A program made the translations under genes and the position numbers. This document shows, piece by piece, positions 1 through 7,252 of a stretch of 64,000 bases of DNA; within the stretch, counting starts at the first letter, position 1, and each line of letters starts with the position of its first letter. The stretch covers positions 1,256 to 65,255 of the forward strand of contig CADEGR010000005.1 of the NCBI GenBank assembly GCA_902826935.1, read 5' to 3'. Below the pieces are notes generated by a model, which made no database searches, had not been told where the DNA came from, and saw only the letters and a program-made list of their open reading frames with translations. The stretch comes from an uncultured Alphaproteobacteria bacterium. Lineage in GTDB: Bacteria; Pseudomonadota; Alphaproteobacteria; Geminicoccales; Geminicoccaceae.

Positions 1-512
1 ACGCTGATCGGACAGGCCGTAAGTGGCACGATGCGATGGGCCCGCGCCGCGCGCATGCCTAGCATCAAGGTGCCACGCTGCCAGCGATAGGCCAGGCGCA
101 GGCGTCGGCGGGTTCCGGGCTGCCCGGACCAGAGCGGCTTGATCGCAATGTCTGCGAGACCGCGCCGGGCCAGGGCCAGCGCCACCTGCTCGTGCCGCCA
201 GCGCGCATAGGTCGCCGCCGGCAGATGCTGCAGCTGACAGCCGCCGCAATGGCCGAAATGGCGGCAGGCCGGGTGGGCGCGCGGGCTCGCATGGAGCTGC
301 TCGGCCGGCTCGGCCAGCCAGCCTTCGCCGCGGCGCTCGAGCAAGCGGACCCGCAAGCGGTCGCCTGGCAGTGCCTGCGGCACGAACAGGCGCAAGCCCT
401 GGGCATGGCCGATGCCGTCGCCATGGGCGCCCAAGCTCGCAATTTCAACCTCGATCAGCCCATCCGGTGGTGCCGGCGGCGGCGCCTGGGCGCGCCGGCT
501 GCGGCGTCTCAC
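1..512 (-). CDS. RumA/RlmD-type 23S rRNA (uracil-5)-methyltransferase, N-terminal part (gene runs off the left edge)
   Basis: My own minus-strand translation gives ..LIEVEIASLGAHGDGIGHAQGLRLFVPQALPGDRLRVRLLERRGEGW (TRAM-like), then ACRHFGHCGGCQLQHL, the Cys-cluster motif typical of RumA/TrmA-family methyltransferases. It is absent from the ORF track because there is no stop inside the window. The GTG at 512 overlaps the stop of the upstream ORF (GTGA). Confidence 0.75.
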   Translation of the reverse strand, partial: MRRRSRRAQAPPPAPPDGLIEVEIASLGAHGDGIGHAQGLRLFVPQALPGDRLRVRLLERRGEGWLAEPAEQLHASPRAHPACRHFGHCGGCQLQHLPAATYARWRHEQVALALARRGLADIAIKPLWSGQPGTRRRLRLAYRWQRGTLMLGMRAARAHRIVPLTACPIS

Positions 513-817
513 GGTTCGGGCCGAACCCGGATCAGGCTCAGCCGCTCGCCGGTCAGGCTGTTGACCACGGCCAGATATTGCTGGCCGTCCCCGCCAGCCG
601 CGAGGAGCGCGAGGTTGCGGCCATCGAGCACAACCTGCTCGATCCGCGCCCCGGCCGGCAGGGCTAGATCGACCGGTCCTGTGGTTTTTGGGCCCGACGG
701 CTCGGCCCGATTGGTCGCGCGCTGCGCCAGCAACACCGTCAGCAAAAGGACGCCGGCCACCACCAGCACACCGCCCGCGATCACAAAGACCTTGAGAACG
801 ACCGGGACCTTGCCCAA
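509..817 (-). CDS. small membrane-anchored hypothetical protein (one N-terminal TM helix, soluble C-terminal domain)
   Basis: 102-aa ORF with the TM segment VFVIAGGVLVVAGVLLLTVLLA. Its stop overlaps the start of the downstream methyltransferase, suggesting an operon. The start (TTG at 817) is uncertain. Confidence 0.5.
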   Translation of the reverse strand: MGKVPVVLKVFVIAGGVLVVAGVLLLTVLLAQRATNRAEPSGPKTTGPVDLALPAGARIEQVVLDGRNLALLAAGGDGQQYLAVVNSLTGERLSLIRVRPEP

Positions 818-822
818 CTTAG

Positions 823-1827
823 GTGACCACCATGACCCGGATCCTTACCGTCACCGCCGACTGCCAGGACACGGACGAGCGCGTGGACCGGTTCCTCGCT
901 GCCCGCTTGCCTGACTTGTCCCGCGCGCGCATCCAGGCGCTGCTTGGCGCCGGCGAGGTGCAATGCGATGGCGCCGTGATAGCCGAGGCCTCGGCTCGGG
1001 TCAAACCTGGCCAGCATTTTTGCCTGAGCGTGCCGTCTCCGCGCCCAGCGCTGCCAGCGCCGCAGGCGATTCCGCTCGACGTGCTGTTCGAGGACGAGCA
1101 TCTGGTGGTCCTGGTCAAGCCGGCCGGCCTGGTCGTGCATCCGGCGCCGGGCCATGCTGATGGCACCCTGGTCAATGCGCTCCTGGCGCATTGCCGCGGC
1201 AGCTTGTCCGGCATCGGCGGCGTGTTGCGGCCAGGCATCGTGCACCGCCTCGACAAGGATGTGAGCGGCGTGATGGTGGTCGCCAAGCATGATCAGGCAC
1301 ATCGTGGCCTGGCCGGGCAGTTCAGCCTGCATTGCATCGAGCGGGCGTATCAGGCAATCGTGCTGGGGGTGCCGCCAGCCACGAGCGGCACGATCGAGCA
1401 GCCGATCGGCCGCCATCCGCGCCAGCGCCTGCGCATGGCGGTCGTGCCTGGCGGCAAGCGGGCAGTGACCCGCTACCGGCTGCTGGCGGCGGCCGGCCGG
1501 CTGGGCGCCCGCCTCGAACTGGAGCTCGGCACCGGTCGGACCCACCAGATCCGGGTCCATCTGGCGACCCTCGGCCTCGGCATCGTCGGTGACGTAGTCT
1601 ATGGCCGCAAGCCCGGCGTTGCGCTCAGCCCGGCCTTGCGTGCAGAGCTGGCCGGATTCGGCCGCATAGCCTTGCATGCCTGGCGCCTGGGCTTCGAGCA
1701 TCCGGTGTCCGGTCGGACGCTGCGCTTCGAGCAGCCGCCACCGGTGAGCTTCGAGCATCTTTTTGAACAATTATTGGCGGAATTTAATACGGTCGCGGGC
1801 GTTAATCGGCCATATACCGTTCGTTAA
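823..1827 (+). CDS. rluD: RluA-family 23S rRNA pseudouridine synthase (RluD-like, S4 domain + catalytic HRLDKDVSG motif)
   Basis: The translation has an S4-like N-terminus (RVDRFLAARLPDLSRARIQALL), HRLDKDVSGVMVVAK and THQIRVHL motifs. The start is GTG 823 or ATG 832. The rluD-rpoH synteny is typical of Alphaproteobacteria. Confidence 0.88.
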   Translation: MTTMTRILTVTADCQDTDERVDRFLAARLPDLSRARIQALLGAGEVQCDGAVIAEASARVKPGQHFCLSVPSPRPALPAPQAIPLDVLFEDEHLVVLVKPAGLVVHPAPGHADGTLVNALLAHCRGSLSGIGGVLRPGIVHRLDKDVSGVMVVAKHDQAHRGLAGQFSLHCIERAYQAIVLGVPPATSGTIEQPIGRHPRQRLRMAVVPGGKRAVTRYRLLAAAGRLGARLELELGTGRTHQIRVHLATLGLGIVGDVVYGRKPGVALSPALRAELAGFGRIALHAWRLGFEHPVSGRTLRFEQPPPVSFEHLFEQLLAEFNTVAGVNRPYTVR

Positions 1828-1918
1828 CCATTTTGTACGATAAGATTGAGCGCTGGATTTTTGCGCTGCAGATCAAATATATTAACCAGCAACAGGCTGC
1901 TTAAGGAGAGCCAACACT

Positions 1919-2836
1919 TTGGCACGTTTGCTTACGGTGCCGGCGGAGGGGTCCAGCCTCTCCCGTTACCTGGAAGAAATCCGTCGCTTTCCGATGCTCG
2001 AGCCCGGGCAGGAATTCATGCTGGCCAAGCGCTGGCAGGAGCAGGGCGACACGGCGGCGGCGCATCAGCTGGTCACCAGCCATCTGCGGCTGGTCGCGAA
2101 GATCGCCATGGGCTATCGCGGCTATGGGCTGCCGCTGAACGAGATCATTTCTGAAGGCAATGTCGGCCTGATGCAGGCCGTCAAAAGGTTCGATCCCGAT
2201 CGCGGCTTTCGCTTGGCCACCTACGCCATGTGGTGGATCCGCGCCGCGATCCAGGAGTACATCCTGCACAGCTGGTCGTTGGTCAAGATGGGCACCACGG
2301 CGGCGCAGAAGAAGCTGTTCTTCAATCTGCGCAAGCTGAAGGGCCAGATGCAGGCGATCGACGAGGGCGATCTGCCGCCGGAGACAGTCAAGGCGATTGC
2401 CGAGCGGCTCGATGTCACCGAGGAAGACGTGGTCGACATGAACCGGCGCCTGGCAGGCGCGGACCACTCGCTGAACGCGCCGTTGCGGGCCGAAGGTGAC
2501 ACGGATTGGCAGGACTGGCTGGTCGACGAGACCCAGAGCCAGGAGGTCCGGATCGCGGATGCCGACGAGCATGACCACCGCATGTCGCTGCTGCAGCGCG
2601 CGATGAACGTGCTGAACGAGCGCGAGCGCCACATCCTGACCGAGCGCCGGCTGCTGGACGAGCCCAGCACGCTTGAGGCGCTCAGCGCTCAATATGGGGT
2701 GTCCCGGGAACGGGTACGCCAGATCGAGGTGCGCGCCTTCGAGAAGCTGCAAAAGGCGATGAAGGCGATGGAGACGGAGCAGGCGCTGGCCGCATCGCGC
2801 GCCCTGCCGCCGCCTTCGGCCACCAGCTACCTTTAA
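1919..2836 (+). CDS. rpoH: RNA polymerase sigma-32 (heat-shock sigma factor RpoH)
   Basis: LSRYLEEIRRFPMLE, regions 2-4, and the RpoH box AQKKLFFNLRKLK. TTG start at 1919, preceded by AAGGAG (1903-1908). The upstream region is AT-rich. Confidence 0.93.
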   Translation: MARLLTVPAEGSSLSRYLEEIRRFPMLEPGQEFMLAKRWQEQGDTAAAHQLVTSHLRLVAKIAMGYRGYGLPLNEIISEGNVGLMQAVKRFDPDRGFRLATYAMWWIRAAIQEYILHSWSLVKMGTTAAQKKLFFNLRKLKGQMQAIDEGDLPPETVKAIAERLDVTEEDVVDMNRRLAGADHSLNAPLRAEGDTDWQDWLVDETQSQEVRIADADEHDHRMSLLQRAMNVLNERERHILTERRLLDEPSTLEALSAQYGVSRERVRQIEVRAFEKLQKAMKAMETEQALAASRALPPPSATSYL

Positions 2837-3179
2837 GCGCGATCGGCGGGGCTCGTTGTGGGGTGGCGCCATGAAGGTGCGCCTGCCTTAACGGCTAGTA
2901 CATCGAGTCAGGCGTGGACGCGCCATCAGCATGAATTGGCCCGCCTGGCTCGATGATCATCCGTGGCTAACGGCTGGCGACGAGCTAAGGAGCTGGCACA
3001 TTGGTGCTTCGCCCTGGCAGATTGCGCAGGTGCGTCGCGGTAAGTGAAGCATCCACAGCTAGGACAGCGGCGTGCCGAAAGCGCTACCGCAATAGCGCAC
3101 AGCGGCATCCTGAGCGCTATCGATCGGCCGCCAGATCCGCCGCGCACGCCGGCGCATGGGGTGCAGGTTCGAGTCGAAC

Positions 3180-4250
3180 TGGATTCGCAATGCTTGAGAG
3201 TATCCGCAATTTGAGTGGGCGCAAAAGACGGCATGGTCGCAGCTGGACCTGAAATCGCCCATAGGTTGCCGGCGTCCGTCTTTGTTCCGGGCAGCCTTGC
3301 GCAGCGTGGCCAATGCGCCCCTGCTCAAAAGCATCGCCGGACCAGTGCTAGAAATTGCTCGCCTGGGCAAAGGACCTCGCCGGTTATCGGAACATCGAGG
3401 AGGTCCGAGGGCGCAATGAGTTTCGAGCTTGGTAAAGGCCGGTTCGATCGGGTTAAGGTTCGGCGGGGCGGCGGATACCGCTGGCGATCCGGTGGGCAGG
3501 CGGGTTGTCCATCACGAGGATGTCGGCGGCCGCAGGATCGGCGCCCAGCGATGCGGTAGGCAGGTGAGGCAATCGGGCCATCCAGCGGACCGCGGGGCAC
3601 GCAGAAACGTCGATCCCGAGGGCGGCGAGGAATGGCCAACCAGCCCGATGGTGGGCGGGCATGACGTTTGCATCAAGCAGGCTTGAGAATGCTGCTAGTC
3701 CATTTGGGCCGGCCGGCGATGATCGTGAGATGTGGTTGCAGATGGGCTTTGGCTGTCGGCGCGCGATCGGATGCGCCGACAGCCAGTAGATGGGTTGCCA
3801 GATGCCGAAGATCTTCTCGATCCGGTAACGGATCTGGTGGCTTGGTCAGTTCATGGCCGTGGATTGCCTTGCTTGGCGGGTGGCCGGGGCCCTTTTCGGT
3901 GCCTCCGCTGATCGCGCCAGCCACGGGCGACGTCGACCCGCGTCGCGGGCTCGACCGGGATCCCTTGATGCCGGGTTGCGGGGACCGGTCATCCGCCAGC
4001 AAGCCTTCAGTTGGCCGTGATCTTGTCCAACAGCGTCTGATCAAGCCGTGGCGCAGGCGTTCTCGGCGAAAAGCGCACGAAGGCGGCGCGTTCCGGCGTG
4101 GCCCCCATGCGGACTCCCACCGATCATCGCAAGCGGCGGTTAGCTCACCGCGCCTCGCGATGTCGCGCGGATCAGCTCGAGCAGGCGTTTGAGCGGCGAC
4201 CAGTTGATCAGCCGGGCGATCTCGTCAGCGACGACCGCTTCTCAGCTAGC
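3180..4250 (-). pseudogene. decayed IS630/Tc1-mariner-family transposase (multiple frameshifts, ends undefined)
   Basis: Minus-strand fragments in shifting frames: PAHHRAGWPFLAALGIDV and ADILVMDNPPAHRIASGIR (DDE 'vMDNxxaHk' motif, ORF 3453-3662). Then PPNLNPIEPAFTKLE (~3430-3475, cf. SPDLNPIEqaFaKLK). Then LRKAARNKDG...NCGYSQ (ORF 3059-3370). Weaker N-terminal-like pieces lie at 3.8-4.2 kb. There is no intact ORF. Confidence 0.6.
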
Positions 4251-4479
4251 AAAATTGTTGCCTGACCGAGCGAGGCTGATCAAGGCAATCCGTGAGGCTG
4301 GTTGGACTTCCGGGGATAGGTGCGCGCCTGGCACAAAATCGCTTCATCCTTTGCGCTCGCCACTTTCGATCCGCGGGCCCGGCTAGGCCGAGGGGGCGGC
4401 GGCCTGGCACGTCCGATCGGCTGCGAAGCCATGGCACCCAATTGATCTCCGGCCGCCAACCACGGAGCGCCGGGAGAAA

Positions 4480-4926
4480 TTAGGCGCCTTCCAGGTCGCG
4501 GAAGGCACGCTTCAGCTTGTACTCCTCGGAGGTGACCACCCGTTCCATGTCGGCCAGGCGGCCCTCCAGGCCGCGGAATTTGTGGCGCAGCTCGGACATC
4601 GTGACCTTCGGCTTGGTCGAGACATTGCGCCAGAAGCGTTCCTCCTCGGGCGTGATCTGGGGCTGCAGGCGCGGCCGCTCCTTGAGCCAGAACCAGGCCA
4701 GCAGGTAGCTGATCAGGACCGGCGGTGTCACCATCATGAGCAGGACCAGCGCCGCGAGGCGGACCAGCCAGGGGCGCCAGCCGAAATATTCGGCGATGCC
4801 GCCGCAGACGCCGCCCAGGATCCGATCCTGGCTGCGGTAGAGACGGTGCGGATTGGGTGAGCCCTGGCCATTGCTTCGGCCGGCCTCGTGGTAATAATGG
4901 TGATGGTGGTGGTGATGCTCAGCCAT
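4480..4926 (-). CDS. pspC: envelope stress response membrane protein PspC (His-rich N-terminus)
   Basis: PspC domain LYRSQDRILGGVCGGIAEYFGWRPWLVRLAALVLLMM plus a TM helix. The likely start is ATG 4926 (MAEHHHHHHHYYHE), which overlaps the pspB end by 8 nt. Confidence 0.9.
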   Translation of the reverse strand: MAEHHHHHHHYYHEAGRSNGQGSPNPHRLYRSQDRILGGVCGGIAEYFGWRPWLVRLAALVLLMMVTPPVLISYLLAWFWLKERPRLQPQITPEEERFWRNVSTKPKVTMSELRHKFRGLEGRLADMERVVTSEEYKLKRAFRDLEGA

Positions 4927-5149
4927 CGTGCTTGCGCCGGTCCGGCGCCTCCTGCTCGAGGATGATCTCCAGGGATTCGATCCGCCGCTCCAGCGCCTGG
5001 GCGGTGCGCCACAGATCGTCCAGCAGCCGCTCATCGTCCGGCGAGAGGCTCTTGATCTCCCGCCAGCGGGTCAAATAGTGCATGACGATGGCCAGCGGCG
5101 CCACGACGCCCACCGCCAAAATCGGAATAAGGACCCCAATCTCGCCCAT
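4919..5149 (-). CDS. pspB: phage shock protein B
   Basis: 76 aa with an N-terminal TM helix followed by SLSPDDERLLDDLWRTAQALERRIESLEIIL, the typical PspB layout. It sits between pspA and pspC, and GGGAG lies upstream of the ATG. Confidence 0.85.
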   Translation of the reverse strand: MGEIGVLIPILAVGVVAPLAIVMHYLTRWREIKSLSPDDERLLDDLWRTAQALERRIESLEIILEQEAPDRRKHDG

Positions 5150-5175
5150 GGCGGCTCCCGTTCAGCGGCCGGTGG

Positions 5176-5853
5176 TCACTCGCCGGCCGCCGGCTTCTTG
5201 CCCAGACGCTCCTTGATCCGCGCCAATTCGCCGGCCACCGCCTCCTCAGCCTCCAGCTCGTTGAACTGGTCGGTCAGGGTCCGTGGCTGGCCAAGCGTGA
5301 ACACCTCCGCCTCGGCCTCCAGCTCGTCCAGACGGCGCTCATAGCGTTCGTAGCGCGCCAGCGCCTCGTCGAGCCGGCCATCATGCAGCTGGCGCTGGAT
5401 CCGGACCCGGTCCGACACGCTCTGGCGGCGCAGGTCCATCGCCCGCTGCTTGGCCTTGGCCTCCTTCAACTTGGCCTGGAGCCGGGCCAGATCATCCTCG
5501 GCCTTGGCCATGCTCTGATCGACCTGCGCCAGCTCAGCCGTCAGCAGCGCTGCCATCTCGGCCGCCTTGCGCCTGGCCGCGAGCGCGCCTTTGGCCAGAT
5601 CGTCCCGCCCCTTGCTGACCGCCAGCTCGGCCTTCTCGGCCCATTTCGCCTGGCGCGTCTCGAACTCCGCAAGCTTGCGGGTCAGCTCCTTGCGATCGGC
5701 GATCAGGCGCGCGGTCGAGGCGCGCACCTCGACCAGCGTGTCCTCCATTTCCTGGATGATCAGCCGCACGATCTTCTCAGGATCCTCGGCCCGATCGAGC
5801 AAGGCATTGAGATTGGAATTGACGATGTCGCTGAGGCGCGAGAAGACGCCCAT
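5176..5853 (-). CDS. pspA: phage shock protein A (PspA/IM30 family)
   Basis: MGVFSRLSDIVNSNLNALLDRAEDPEKIVRLIIQEMEDTLVEVR... is the canonical PspA N-terminus, followed by coiled coil. The true start is ATG 5853, inside the longer 5176-6177 ORF. GGAGAA lies upstream. Confidence 0.93.
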   Translation of the reverse strand: MGVFSRLSDIVNSNLNALLDRAEDPEKIVRLIIQEMEDTLVEVRASTARLIADRKELTRKLAEFETRQAKWAEKAELAVSKGRDDLAKGALAARRKAAEMAALLTAELAQVDQSMAKAEDDLARLQAKLKEAKAKQRAMDLRRQSVSDRVRIQRQLHDGRLDEALARYERYERRLDELEAEAEVFTLGQPRTLTDQFNELEAEEAVAGELARIKERLGKKPAAGE

Positions 5854-5870
5854 CTGCCGTTCTCCGTTCG

Positions 5871-5990
5871 CTAGAAGATCAAGGCGCCGAGCACGAAGCC
5901 GAGCGCAAAGATCAGCCACGGCGCGCGCCGGCTGGTGCCGCTTCGGCGGCGCGCCATCCAGTCGGTCGATCGGTAGGACGAAGCGCGCAT
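5871..5990 (-). CDS. candidate 39-aa small membrane protein, first cistron of the psp operon
   Basis: Hand translation: MRASSYRSTDWMARRRSGTSRRAPWLIFALGFVLGALIF*. GGAG lies 6 nt upstream of the ATG. The ORF begins ~25 nt downstream of the predicted sigma54 transcription start and ends 17 nt before pspA. It has a basic N-terminus plus one TM helix. It is below the 60-aa cutoff of the ORF track. Confidence 0.4.
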   Translation of the reverse strand: MRASSYRSTDWMARRRSGTSRRAPWLIFALGFVLGALIF

Positions 5991-6025
5991 GGCTGGCTCC
6001 CGAGTTGGTCCATGCGGACGTCTTT

Positions 6026-6041
6026 TGCGAGCGCCGTGCCA
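6026..6041 (-). promoter_or_regulatory. sigma54 (-24/-12) promoter for the psp operon
   Basis: The minus strand reads TGGCACggcgcTCGCA, with GG and GC spaced exactly as in the consensus TGGCAC-N5-TTGCW. It lies between the divergent pspF and pspA genes. Confidence 0.6.
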
Positions 6042-6120
6042 ACTCCGGTCGATGTAGGCAAGTCTTTAGAATATCAGGATTGTCATGATCAACCTGGAAG
6101 CAATGACCACTGTTGGCGGC

Positions 6121-6146
6121 ATATTTCGCCATTATTCGGCGAATAT
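6121..6146. promoter_or_regulatory. inverted repeat, candidate PspF upstream activating sequence / pspF autoregulatory operator
   Basis: ATATTTCGCC-attattc-GGCGAATAT (9/10 palindromic). It lies ~105-130 bp upstream of the predicted sigma54 start site and ~40 bp upstream of the pspF ATG. An AT-rich stretch (6060-6095) lies between it and the promoter. Confidence 0.35.
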
Positions 6147-6185
6147 CGCCTTGCGCTAGAGGTTGATCTCGCCACATAGGTCGTC

Positions 6186-7232
6186 ATGCCAGGCGAGCTG
6201 CCAGATCTGATCGGCCAGTCACCGGCCTTCGCTGCGATGCTCCGCCAGGTGTCGAGCCTGGCGCCGCTCGACCGGCCGCTGCTGGTGCTGGGCGAGCGGG
6301 GCACCGGCAAGGAGCTGATCGCGGCCCGGCTGCATTTCCTGTCGACGCGCTGGGACCAGCCGCTGGTCAAGCTGAACTGTGCCGCGCTGGCTCCAGACCT
6401 GCTGGAGAGCGAGCTGTTCGGCCACGAGGCCGGCGCCTTCACCGGCGCCACAAGGCGGCACCAGGGCCGCTTCGAGCGCGCCGACCATGGCACGCTGTTT
6501 CTCGACGAGATTGCGGCTGCCAGTTCCCGGATCCAGGAGAAGCTCCTGCGCGTGGTCGAATATGGCGAGTTCGAGCGTCTTGGCGGCGATCGCACCTTGA
6601 GCTGCGACGTGCGCCTGATCGGTGCCACCAATCTCGATCTGCGCGCCCGGGCTGCGACTGGCGCATTTCGGGCCGACCTGCTTGATCGGCTGGCCTTCGA
6701 CGTGGTCCATCTGCCGCCATTGCGTGCCCGCGGCGAGGACATCCCGCTGCTCGCCAACCATTTCGGCGCCGCCATGGCGCGCGAGCTGCAGGCCGAATTC
6801 GCAGGCTTCGCGCCTCAGGCGCTCGCGGCGCTGGCCGGTCATGACTGGCCTGGCAATGTGCGCGAGCTGCGCAACGTCGCCGAGCGCTCGGTCCACCGCC
6901 ACCTGACCAGCGGCCGGACCGGCCCGGTCGAGCAGATCGCGCTTGACCCATTCGACTCGCCCTACCGCCTCACAGCTGAGCCCGTGCCAGGGGCAGCGCC
7001 AGCGTCCGCGGCACCTAGCGCCCCGGCGGCGTCCGCCGATCACGGCATCGCCTACCGCCGCCAGGTCGAGGCGTTCGAGCGGCAGCTGCTGCAGGCGGCG
7101 TTGGCGGCGCATGGCGGCCATCAGCGTACGGCCGCAGCCGCGTTGCAGCTGACCTACGATCAATTTCGGGGCCTGCTGCGCAAATTCGCCCTGACCGGCC
7201 GCGACCGGACCACGACCCGTTCGCCGGCCTGA
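6186..7232 (+). CDS. pspF: sigma54-dependent transcriptional activator PspF (AAA+ domain, no receiver domain, C-terminal HTH)
   Basis: LIGQSPAF..., Walker A GERGTGKE, GAFTGA loop (HEAGAFTGA), and a C-terminal HTH (QRTAAAALQLTYDQFRGLLRK). It is divergent from pspA. Confidence 0.9.
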   Translation: MPGELPDLIGQSPAFAAMLRQVSSLAPLDRPLLVLGERGTGKELIAARLHFLSTRWDQPLVKLNCAALAPDLLESELFGHEAGAFTGATRRHQGRFERADHGTLFLDEIAAASSRIQEKLLRVVEYGEFERLGGDRTLSCDVRLIGATNLDLRARAATGAFRADLLDRLAFDVVHLPPLRARGEDIPLLANHFGAAMARELQAEFAGFAPQALAALAGHDWPGNVRELRNVAERSVHRHLTSGRTGPVEQIALDPFDSPYRLTAEPVPGAAPASAAPSAPAASADHGIAYRRQVEAFERQLLQAALAAHGGHQRTAAAALQLTYDQFRGLLRKFALTGRDRTTTRSPA

Positions 7233-7252
7233 GCGACCTTGCCCCCGCGACT

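Noticed and set aside
817-832. Divergent start codons of the small membrane ORF (TTG 817) and rluD (GTG 823 / ATG 832), only 5-14 bp apart, considered as a special bidirectional control element.
   Set aside because: The start of the 102-aa ORF is uncertain (weak RBS, non-ATG), so the apparent crowding may be an annotation artefact. No motif was seen.
3160-3190. tRNA T-arm-like GGTTCGAGTCGAAC.
   Set aside because: It is a simple palindrome (GTTCGA-G-TCGAAC). No acceptor, D or anticodon arms can be drawn, and it lies inside the IS630 remnant.
3668-4192. 174-aa + strand ORF and neighbouring 60-125-aa ORFs between rpoH and pspC.
   Set aside because: They are antisense to, or interleaved with, recognisable IS630 transposase fragments. 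The translations are low-complexity Arg/Gly/Pro-rich.
4446-4477. Imperfect hairpin downstream of pspC (CTCCGGCCG...CGCCGGGAG), considered as a terminator.
   Set aside because: The stem has a bulge and there is no clear U-tract on the transcribed strand. The evidence is too weak to annotate it as a feature.
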